IMG/VR virus record: IMGVR_UViG_3300030330_005471 | Reading direction: 5' to 3' (one strand) | From: a virus | Taxonomy: Duplodnaviria; Caudoviricetes | Length of the DNA: 64,000 nt | Shown here: piece by piece, positions 1 through 7,533 of the stretch | How the letters are laid out: each line of letters starts with the position of its first letter | Position numbering within the stretch: position 1 is the stretch's first letter | Translations under genes and position numbers: made by a program | The notes under the pieces: generated by a model | Told to the model about the DNA's origin: nothing | Seen by the model: only the letters and a program-made list of their open reading frames with translations | Database searches by the model: none

Positions 1-2
1 CT

Positions 3-164
3 AAGCAAGTAACACTTGAAGAGCATTTCGGTTGCTTAACTGGTGGTATGGGCTACACTCCTGCGATCACTTGGACTTTAACAGGTCGTGTTGAACGCGT
101 TCACAACTGGGCTACAGCCAAAGAGATCGCTCGAACCTTTCCTAAAAAAACTTGGTTACAATAA
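3..164 (+). CDS. 3' end of a hypothetical protein (truncated by the window start)
   Basis: Open frame KQVTLEEHFG...FPKKTWLQ ending in TAA at 162-164; not in the ORF track. Confidence 0.55.
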   Translation, partial: KQVTLEEHFGCLTGGMGYTPAITWTLTGRVERVHNWATAKEIARTFPKKTWLQ

Positions 165-202
165 CCTACTACCCTATCACCCCTTCACCCTTGGAGAATA
201 CC

Positions 203-382
203 ATGGAAACATTACCCACTACTATCGATTCGATTAACCTCGCTCGATCCTTTACCCTTCACAATATTATTAAACAACTAGATGAAATGAAATCAATTGA
301 TGGATATTCTCCACTAGAGATCTCACTACTTGAAGAATTATTAAATGAGATCATTGACTCTATCACACCACTTGAGGAGTAG
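203..382 (+). CDS. hypothetical protein (59 aa)
   Basis: ORF 152..382; better start is ATG 203, preceded by GGAG. Confidence 0.6.
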   Translation: METLPTTIDSINLARSFTLHNIIKQLDEMKSIDGYSPLEISLLEELLNEIIDSITPLEE

Positions 383-383
383 C

Positions 384-479
384 ATGCCGATTGAACCTTT
401 TATTTATTGCTTTATCACCCTGTTTTTCATTAACACTTTATTCTTATTTTTAATGTTCATTAATTTTGTTGATGATTAA
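384..479 (+). CDS. small hydrophobic membrane peptide (31 aa)
   Basis: GAGGAG SD at 374-379, ATG 384, MPIEPFIYCFITLFFINTLFLFLMFINFVDD*. Confidence 0.5.
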   Translation: MPIEPFIYCFITLFFINTLFLFLMFINFVDD

Positions 480-480
480 A

Positions 481-720
481 ACGGGGGGATCCCCTCCCCC
501 TCCCACTGATGGAACCTCGAAATAAGTACTTAGAACCTTTGTTTTCGGCCGGGCCGGCCTGATACGTTGAATATACGCACGGAAATTTTCCAGATTTAGA
601 ACTTATGCCACTTGGCATAAAACGGTTTTAACACATTTCATAAAAAGTTTGTACCAAGTGGACTAAAAAAAACACCCAGAAAAAATTTCTCAAATAGGAA
701 GGTAATCCACTATTTATACC
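481..720. other. non-coding palindrome-rich junction (candidate origin, packaging or terminus site)
   Basis: GGGGATCCCC 485-494, TAAGTACTTA 523-532, GGCCGG-G-CCGGCC 547-559, GGAAA-T-TTTCC 581-591, TTATGCCA-CT-TGGCATAA 603-620; C-rich DNA upstream, purine-rich DNA downstream. Confidence 0.45.
710..716 (+). promoter_or_regulatory. putative phage late promoter CTATTTA
   Basis: Recurrent (C)TANTTA motif just upstream of SD/ATG of many putative late genes. Confidence 0.55.
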
Positions 721-735
721 AAGAGGTATAAACTT

Positions 736-1194
736 ATGAAACTCACAAGCAAACTTTTAAGAAAACTTATATTGGAAGAGTACGCTAGAATTACAGGTGA
801 CATAGATCAAGAATATGAATACCCAGAGTATCAAGATAAACTAAGAACATTGGCCAAGAGCGATTCGAAGCAAGCAATGAACCTTGCACAATCCCTCGAT
901 GAACCATTAGACGTTGAATTCGACCCAGATAATATTAAGACGTTGGGTAAACACAGAGCAGCTATTGATGACTTGTTCAGCGATGATAGAATGTTCTATG
1001 AAAAATACTTAATGTGGCTATATCGTAATACAGATAGACGTCCCCAGTTTAAGGACCCAATCGACCCCAAGAAAGCATATGAATATGCATTGGAAATTGG
1101 CGAAAAACCCCAGAAGGTCCTTAAGCACCTTGAGCTCCAACACCAGAAGTATATGTTGCAAACATATATTAAACCATTGGAGTTGGAACAATAA
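736..1194 (+). CDS. putative head-associated protein with MKLT-leader
   Basis: N-terminus MKLTSKLLRKLILEE, shared with other ORFs; AGAGG SD. Confidence 0.6.
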   Translation: MKLTSKLLRKLILEEYARITGDIDQEYEYPEYQDKLRTLAKSDSKQAMNLAQSLDEPLDVEFDPDNIKTLGKHRAAIDDLFSDDRMFYEKYLMWLYRNTDRRPQFKDPIDPKKAYEYALEIGEKPQKVLKHLELQHQKYMLQTYIKPLELEQ

Positions 1195-1355
1195 TGCTTA
1201 CACCAGAAGAAATAAAACTCCATCAAGAAATAGTTGATGCACACAAACGAATGATAGAATATCATAAAAAACAAATAGCAAAGCTGCATGCGAAGCTATA
1301 CCCAGAGCGTTGCTGCTTTGAAGATAACCGAAAGAGGCTCCCAGTAATCAAATGA
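1194..1355 (+). CDS. hypothetical protein (53 aa)
   Basis: TAATG and ATGA overlaps couple it to both neighbours; MLTPEEIKLHQEIVDAHKRM... Confidence 0.6.
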   Translation: MLTPEEIKLHQEIVDAHKRMIEYHKKQIAKLHAKLYPERCCFEDNRKRLPVIK

Positions 1356-1927
1356 AACTTACAAAGAAAAAACTATACAAACTAATAAACGAGCAGTTTA
1401 GTCTCGAACAAGAAAAGAAAATATATTATTTAATAGATAGGACCCGCGAAGACCTGCTTACGTTGGAAGACGTTGCTCACTTTTTTCCGCCACTGATTAA
1501 TGATGTATATTCTGTTCCTGATAGGGAACAAGCAAAATTTGAAAGACTTGTCGATGATAAATTTTTTAGACCATATATCATGAAGCACTACTATGCTCTC
1601 AAAAGAATGAGCGAAATTCTCTATGAAGTAAACTCATACTTAGTTCTCTTAAGGGACTTGGAAATCGAAAAAGAAGAGCTACTAAAGGCCATTGAAGAGA
1701 TGTTAAATATGTCCTTGATGCTTGGGGCTGGGCGAGCAAGTATTCAAGTTAATTTAAGCCAAGCATTAAGCTTAATGGACACGGGAATAATGTTTTTAGA
1801 AGACCTCAAAGCAACAGATCCCAAATATTTTGGCGATGATATTGACTTTAGAGGCTCGCTGTCGCCAATCATGGCTTTTGAAGAAAACTATAAAGATTTG
1901 AAAGACTATCTGGAAAGTATGCGATGA
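1352..1927 (+). CDS. putative head-associated protein with MKLT-leader
   Basis: MKLTKKKLYKLINEQ leader; ATGA coupling. Confidence 0.65.
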   Translation: MKLTKKKLYKLINEQFSLEQEKKIYYLIDRTREDLLTLEDVAHFFPPLINDVYSVPDREQAKFERLVDDKFFRPYIMKHYYALKRMSEILYEVNSYLVLLRDLEIEKEELLKAIEEMLNMSLMLGAGRASIQVNLSQALSLMDTGIMFLEDLKATDPKYFGDDIDFRGSLSPIMAFEENYKDLKDYLESMR

Positions 1928-1960
1928 AACTTACAAAGAAAAAATTATACAAACTGATAA
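1352..1960 (+). repeat. 37-bp direct repeat (35/37 identical) encoding the leader, at 1352-1388 and 1924-1960
   Basis: atgaaacttacaaagaaaaaa(c/t)tatacaaact(a/g)ataa; the downstream sequences are unrelated. Confidence 0.9.
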
Positions 1961-2619
1961 TCAAAGAAATAAAAGCTTTTTATCAATCTCCACGTCCAAT
2001 GAAAAAACGTCTTATGGCTGACCCTGATGTCGACAAAGCAACTGCGATGAAGCTTTATCGCATGCTGGATTCCGAAGATGAAGCCGATAGGGAATCTGCG
2101 GCGGAACTAATGGCTGCTTTGGGAATTGGTGAGTACGGAGAAGACGACGAAGACATAACGGTCATGGACACTCCCGAATTCGATACCGAAAGAGATACTC
2201 CACAATACTCTCCCATGTATAACCACAATATCGAGCAAGAACTTAAACTTACCGCTAAAGAAAAAAACCGACTTCGTTTAATTGCTTCTGCTTCGGATAA
2301 TATTTCACACAAAATTACCATAATTGACAAATTGGAAGAAAAAGCCAAACGAGACTTTAGAAGAATATTACCGTTTCTGATGGAACCTGAAGATTTGCCA
2401 AAACGTGGCGAAATGAATCAAGCCGCTAAAGATGCGATGGATCTTATGGAAAAAGTAATTGATATTTTTTATGAAAATGTGGAAGATGCTTTCAAGGATT
2501 TGCAAGACACTAATTTTATCGCTTATGAATCGTATTATGACAAACTTTCAAGATATATGTTAGATTACTTTGATGATGTTTCAAAGGGTAGAAAACAAAT
2601 GGAACCGTGGGACCGATAG
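1924..2619 (+). CDS. putative head-associated protein with MKLT-leader
   Basis: MKLTKKKLYKLIIKE leader; acidic helical protein. Confidence 0.65.
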   Translation: MKLTKKKLYKLIIKEIKAFYQSPRPMKKRLMADPDVDKATAMKLYRMLDSEDEADRESAAELMAALGIGEYGEDDEDITVMDTPEFDTERDTPQYSPMYNHNIEQELKLTAKEKNRLRLIASASDNISHKITIIDKLEEKAKRDFRRILPFLMEPEDLPKRGEMNQAAKDAMDLMEKVIDIFYENVEDAFKDLQDTNFIAYESYYDKLSRYMLDYFDDVSKGRKQMEPWDR

Positions 2620-2676
2620 AAGGTTTATAATTATTGTAAAAAATTTTTTAGGCGAAGACTTTAAAGGAGTAAAACT

Positions 2677-2952
2677 ATGAAAATAACAAAAGAAGAGCTG
2701 CGACAAATTATTCGAGAGGAACTTGAAGCTGTGGTTGATGAGGGATTATTTGGATCAAAGGTTGGAAGACAACTTTCTCCCGACAAATATCATTATGATA
2801 AAAAAGATAAACCAAAGAAAAAAGCAAATTCTGAATATAAAGGTGATGACTATGACGTTGATGATATCAATCAAAAAATGGCAAAGAAATTTGGTGCTAA
2901 ATATAAAAAACTAAAAGAAGAAGAGGAAGAGTCTGAAGAACAAGACTCGTAA
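2677..2952 (+). CDS. small charged protein with MKIT-leader
   Basis: AAGGAG SD; MKITKEELRQIIREELE. Confidence 0.7.
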   Translation: MKITKEELRQIIREELEAVVDEGLFGSKVGRQLSPDKYHYDKKDKPKKKANSEYKGDDYDVDDINQKMAKKFGAKYKKLKEEEEESEEQDS

Positions 2953-2992
2953 ATAAAAGATAAAACGACATAGTTACTTTATAGGAGCTATT

Positions 2993-3541
2993 ATGTTATT
3001 TTTTTTAAGTTTGCTTGGTTGTACACCAGATAAGGTGCCGGATAGTGGTGCTAAGGTTGTAGTCGAAGAGCCCAACCCAATACATTGGGAAGAATGTTCG
3101 TATAAAGAAAATGAACACATCTGTGACTTTACTTATGCAAATGTTTTAGATACAACAACAACTCTGTATGATTATTACGGACAAATTGTTGTTATTGAAT
3201 ATTTTGTTGAATGGTGTAACTATTGTCGAGTGGCTGCTGAACAGTCAGAAAGTTACATTGATGAAGATGTTGTTTTTCTTTCTGTGATGTTAGAGAATCA
3301 ATATGGGATCACTCCAAACCAAGAAGACATTGAGCGATGGGCTAGTGCTTTTAGACTTCCTGAAGATAAGGTTTTACGAGCTGGAACTTATATATTGGAC
3401 GGCAATGCTGAAGATGGACCTGACATTACTGGTCTTCCGGGTTTTATCATCGTTGATGAGGACATGGTTATTAAATATAAGATTCGTGGGTGGTCTCTGC
3501 AATTAATGCAACAAACTATTGCCGAACTAAAATCTGACTAA
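2993..3541 (+). CDS. thioredoxin-fold (TlpA/AhpC-TSA-like) lipoprotein
   Basis: Short signal MLFFLSLLG-C; YGQIVVIEYFVEWCNYC CxxC motif; cis-Pro loop GLPGFIIVD. Confidence 0.8.
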   Translation: MLFFLSLLGCTPDKVPDSGAKVVVEEPNPIHWEECSYKENEHICDFTYANVLDTTTTLYDYYGQIVVIEYFVEWCNYCRVAAEQSESYIDEDVVFLSVMLENQYGITPNQEDIERWASAFRLPEDKVLRAGTYILDGNAEDGPDITGLPGFIIVDEDMVIKYKIRGWSLQLMQQTIAELKSD

Positions 3542-3564
3542 TAGTTACTCTTGGAGGGGTTGCT

Positions 3565-4542
3565 ATGTTTGTATTATTATTTTTTATTCTTGGGTGTTTT
3601 TCGGATCACGGGTTGACACACGAAGTTATCAAGGAGGTGGAAGTAGTAGTTTACGACACAGCATATGTAGAAGTCGAGGTTGAAGTTGAAGTAGAAGTCG
3701 AGGTTGAAGTTGAGGTCGAGGTTCCTGAGCAGTATCCTCTCTGGGTACAGTCTGTAGAACAGCCGAAATTGGCCAATGGTATTGATATTCTTTGGGTAGT
3801 AGACCCTTCGGGCTCCATGACAAATGATATGCCCAGAGTAGCCGATGGAGTGGCTCAAATGATGGCAGCTTTGCCAACCAATGTCTTTTGGAGATTGGAG
3901 ATATTATCAACAGATTATGTTGCTGCAATGAATATGAGCTCTTTTCCTTTGCTGCCCGGCGATTCAGATTTGGATGCTCAAAACCAAATGAATAATAATG
4001 TATCAGGCCATCGAGAAGGTGGACTTGAATCTGTTAAATATTTTATGTCTCAGAACATTGATGCTTATCAGTGGTTAAGAAGTGACGCTGCTTTGCTAAT
4101 TGTTTTTGTGTCCGATGAAGACGACAGAAGTACTGGTTTTGACGCAGGAGCTTTTATTGATTGGATAAAGTTGAGAAGAGAGATTGTATATGTAACTGCT
4201 ATCGTCAATCAAGATGTTGCAATTAGTGAATGCCCCGGACAGTTTAGTGCATTAAATGATGTAGGAAACGAATATATGGATGTTGCAAATTATTTTGGTG
4301 GAATTATCATTGACATCTGTTCCAATGATTGGACAGCTGGTGTAGCTCAAGCATCGAATCAGTTGCAATTGGTTGAGGAAATAAAGCTCGATCACCTTCC
4401 TGTCTCTGAACAACATATTGAAGTTTTTGTTGATGGGGCGATTTGGACAGACTGGACTTATGACATTGCAACCAATATTGTAACCTTTACAGTCATCCCA
4501 CCAGAAGAATCTCTTATAGAAGTTGTGTACAATTACCAATAG
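3565..4542 (+). CDS. von Willebrand factor A domain lipoprotein with (VE)n linker
   Basis: Lipobox FILG-C; MIDAS DILWVVDPSGSM; LIVFVSDEDD. Confidence 0.8.
   Translation: MFVLLFFILGCFSDHGLTHEVIKEVEVVVYDTAYVEVEVEVEVEVEVEVEVEVPEQYPLWVQSVEQPKLANGIDILWVVDPSGSMTNDMPRVADGVAQMMAALPTNVFWRLEILSTDYVAAMNMSSFPLLPGDSDLDAQNQMNNNVSGHREGGLESVKYFMSQNIDAYQWLRSDAALLIVFVSDEDDRSTGFDAGAFIDWIKLRREIVYVTAIVNQDVAISECPGQFSALNDVGNEYMDVANYFGGIIIDICSNDWTAGVAQASNQLQLVEEIKLDHLPVSEQHIEVFVDGAIWTDWTYDIATNIVTFTVIPPEESLIEVVYNYQ
3667..3723 (+). repeat. coding (Val-Glu)n repeat containing a 24-bp tandem duplication
   Basis: gtagaagtcgaggttgaagttga(a/g) x2 at 3667-3714. Confidence 0.85.
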
Positions 4543-4573
4543 AATATACTATTTATTCCAGAGGAATATTTGT

Positions 4574-7024
4574 ATGAAAATAAGAATAATAAAAGAAGGC
4601 TCTTTTACAGATGCTCTCGACCAAATGATAGGTTCGGATTTAGATAGTGTTTCTGGTGAAGAAAGTACGCTACCACCACAGGGTGCAAAAAAAAGAAAGC
4701 CACCACCTCGGGGAATGCAAACAAAGAAAAGATATGAACTCATACTCGAGAAAAGAGGTTACAATATTGAAAACATAGTTGAACTTGGAAGCGGGATGTA
4801 CGGCAGTGTTTTTAAGGTAATAAGCCCTGAAGGTGATGAGGTTGCTGTCAAGGTAATGCATGAAGGTGGTATTGGTGATATGGCTCTCAACCAAGAGATG
4901 TCAAATTATAGAACGGTTCAAGGAGCCAGAGAACAAAGCGAACTTGTGGCAAAACATTTTCCGGAAGTTTTTGACATGTTCAAAGAAGATCGATATGGTT
5001 TTATTGTTATGGAACTTCTAACCAACAAGGGCGGAAGAATGAGTCTTGTACAAGATATCTTTCAAGGACGAGAAGGATTGGTTGCTCCCACAGGAGACAC
5101 TATTGAGCAAGGAGTTTATAAAAACATTAGAAGAAGAATGTATACATACCTCACGAACGACAGAGCAAGAAATAAGATTATCTCTACCCTTTTGGATGGA
5201 GTAGCTGAAAGTATTGTGGAAAGAGTTCAGCAAGAATTGTCTAGCTTACCCTTCCTGCAGATACCTGCTTTCGAAGCTGGTAAGGATGATGAACTTTACT
5301 TTAAGATTCTCAACAGGATGAATGAAGCATTCTTGTATACAGCTAGGGATGCGTTCCTTGATGGCTTTGGAGAACTAAAAAAAGAGTACCTAACAAACCC
5401 CGGTCTCTTAGTTTTTATTATTAAAGTTATGGAGATACTCAAAGAAGAAAGCATGATGGATTATTATCAAAGAAATGTTGGTATTGCAATGGCATGGACT
5501 GACTTTCTTCGTAAAGGTTCGGCAATCGGTGTTCATAACCGTCCAGAAATGGCCAGAATGGACCGTGGAGGGGCTCCGGCAGAAGTAGGTGATGCAATAG
5601 GGGAGGCAGCTTCTATACGTGAAGCCATTGAGGAGCTAGAGCGTTTAACAGGACTTGCCGGTAGAGATATGCATGAAGGCAATGTTATGATACGTGAGTA
5701 CACTGGTGATATTGTCATTGTTGATCTCGGATTATTTAAGCCTCGCTCTGAAGTTGTTGAGGAAAGAAAAAAGAAACGCAAAAAGCGTCGCAAAAAAAGA
5801 AGAAGCCCAAGACGTGCGGTCTATTGGGGTGGATACGGATACTATGACCATAGCGACTCTGGTGGAGACTTTGGTGGTGATGGTGGCGGTGGAGATGGTA
5901 AACGTGATGATGATAAGGAGAATGTTATGAAAAAAACCATTAAAGTAAAAGTTTTAAAAGAAAGGTGTGAAAAAGGATACAAAACACACCCAACACAAAA
6001 GACAAAAGAAATGTATGGCAAGACATATAGAAACTGTGTTAAAGCAGATGAAGGTCAAATAAACGAAGAAGAAGTGGAAGAAGGAAAAATTTGCGATGCT
6101 GGTATCAGTTATGTTATTCGTACCGACCCCGGTGGCAAAGACATCAAGCGTGGAAAAGATACTGATGGAGATGGAAAGGGTGAATTGAAAAATTGGTCAG
6201 CAAGGGCTGCTCAGATTGCATCTAAATATTGTAAAGACCCTGATTATGGTAAGGGACGCGGAAAAGATGCAAAAAATGAAGAATTATCACCTGAAGATGA
6301 ACAAGAACTGAAGGATATTGAATCAGAACTTGCAAAAGCGTCCAAGATGCACAAAAGTCAGAAGGTAAGAATTAAAAAAATTAGACAAAAGCTTGACGAA
6401 CGAAAGAAAAATTGTGGCTGTGGTCAAGATCCTTGTAAAACTTATGGAATTCAAGAAAAAAAAGACGGAGGTCTAAAAGATTGGGAAGAAGAAGATTGGA
6501 CTCACTCCGATGGCAGTCCTTGTGGGGAACCAAAAGATGGTGGCGACGGTTCAGATAGTCGCTGTAAGCCATCCGCTAAATGGAAAACAATGTCATCAGC
6601 AGAAAAAGCAGCAGACAATAGGAAGAAAGCTGCTGGTACTAAAAAAGGCAAGCAATATGTAAAGTCAAATCATCCTGTTACTAAAGCTCACACCAAAAGA
6701 AATGAGAATTTAACTGAAGAAAAACACAAAACTGTTAAAATTAAGGTCAAGCAAGAACTTGATGAAAAGAAAAAGAAAAGAAAAAAGAAGCCTTGTAAGA
6801 AAGCAAAGGGTAAAAGATACGTCAAACGCGTAAATGGCAAGTGCAGATCTTACGGTCAAGCAGGAAAAGCCAAGGGAGGCGGTGATAGGATTCGCCCCGG
6901 AACTAAAAAAGGTGATGCTTATTGCGCTCGATCAGCTAAAATCAAAAAATGTAAGAATCCACCATGTGCAAACGACCTTTCTAGAAAGAAATGGAAGTGC
7001 CGTGGCTCCAAATCTATGAAGTAG
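4574..7024 (+). CDS. protein kinase-like domain fused to basic Cys-rich modules (putative polyprotein)
   Basis: Start ATG 4574 after GAGGA; LGSGMYGSVFKV, VAVKV, FIVMELL, RDMHEGNVM, IVDLGLF; C-terminal Lys/Cys-rich modules. Confidence 0.75.
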   Translation: MKIRIIKEGSFTDALDQMIGSDLDSVSGEESTLPPQGAKKRKPPPRGMQTKKRYELILEKRGYNIENIVELGSGMYGSVFKVISPEGDEVAVKVMHEGGIGDMALNQEMSNYRTVQGAREQSELVAKHFPEVFDMFKEDRYGFIVMELLTNKGGRMSLVQDIFQGREGLVAPTGDTIEQGVYKNIRRRMYTYLTNDRARNKIISTLLDGVAESIVERVQQELSSLPFLQIPAFEAGKDDELYFKILNRMNEAFLYTARDAFLDGFGELKKEYLTNPGLLVFIIKVMEILKEESMMDYYQRNVGIAMAWTDFLRKGSAIGVHNRPEMARMDRGGAPAEVGDAIGEAASIREAIEELERLTGLAGRDMHEGNVMIREYTGDIVIVDLGLFKPRSEVVEERKKKRKKRRKKRRSPRRAVYWGGYGYYDHSDSGGDFGGDGGGGDGKRDDDKENVMKKTIKVKVLKERCEKGYKTHPTQKTKEMYGKTYRNCVKADEGQINEEEVEEGKICDAGISYVIRTDPGGKDIKRGKDTDGDGKGELKNWSARAAQIASKYCKDPDYGKGRGKDAKNEELSPEDEQELKDIESELAKASKMHKSQKVRIKKIRQKLDERKKNCGCGQDPCKTYGIQEKKDGGLKDWEEEDWTHSDGSPCGEPKDGGDGSDSRCKPSAKWKTMSSAEKAADNRKKAAGTKKGKQYVKSNHPVTKAHTKRNENLTEEKHKTVKIKVKQELDEKKKKRKKKPCKKAKGKRYVKRVNGKCRSYGQAGKAKGGGDRIRPGTKKGDAYCARSAKIKKCKNPPCANDLSRKKWKCRGSKSMK

Positions 7025-7085
7025 TACTGGTTATTTAACCGCTTTTGGCACTACTTACTATGTAAAGCATCGGAGGCACTATGAA

Positions 7086-7349
7086 ATGGAGATTTTACTT
7101 GAATCATTAGCACAATATGGACCACTTGGTCTGTGGACTGCATCATTATTATACGCAAATTATCAAACTCGTAAAGACGCAAAGGAAGAAGAACGACTTT
7201 TGCAAGACAAAGTTATAGATAAGCTGCATAAACAACATGCAATGTTAGAAAAAGCTCTAGAAAAGTTAGATGCTGGTCTTATAACTATGCGTGAAAAATA
7301 TGCTGAAGAAAGATTAAGAAATTTACAGAATAATAACAATAATAATTGA
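7086..7349 (+). CDS. holin-like single-TM/coiled-coil protein
   Basis: N-terminal LAQYGPLGLWTASLLY helix then a charged coiled coil, resembling BhlA/UviB-type holins; GGAGG SD. Confidence 0.45.
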   Translation: MEILLESLAQYGPLGLWTASLLYANYQTRKDAKEEERLLQDKVIDKLHKQHAMLEKALEKLDAGLITMREKYAEERLRNLQNNNNNN

Positions 7350-7431
7350 TTAATTCTAAATTAATAATCATGTATATATTATAACCTTAATTAAAAGAAA
7401 ATATATAAAAGAAAAAACTTTCATAAATCAT

Positions 7432-7460
7432 TTGACAAACCCTCCCAAGTATGTTATATT
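7432..7460 (+). promoter_or_regulatory. sigma70-type promoter
   Basis: TTGACA-17 bp-TATATT with extended -10 TG. Confidence 0.8.
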
Positions 7461-7504
7461 GTAATTGTTACAGTGGAATGAAACAAAAAACTATTTATAA
7501 TAAT

Positions 7505-7533
7505 ATTATAACATGATTTAAGGAGGTTGTCAA
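7505..7533 (-). promoter_or_regulatory. antisense sigma70-type promoter
   Basis: Reverse complement reads TTGACA-ACCTCCTTAAATCATGT(17)-TATAAT, a perfect consensus with extended TG. Confidence 0.7.

Noticed and set aside
481-720. tRNA or known ncRNA in the large intergenic regions (also 7350-7530)
   Set aside because: No cloverleaf or T-loop consensus recognised by eye
4523-4573. ORF-track upstream starts (also 12811, 14202, 30486, 31568, 32925, 43842)
   Set aside because: They overlap upstream genes and lack an SD; downstream ATGs with SD or stop-start coupling are better supported
5020-5660. Intein explaining the kinase insertion
   Set aside because: No N-terminal C/S block, LAGLIDADG motif or terminal HN-C/S/T signature
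7329-7349. Poly-Asn tail of the holin-like protein as a functional repeat
   Set aside because: Short AAT microsatellite merging into AT-rich intergenic DNA; likely neutral
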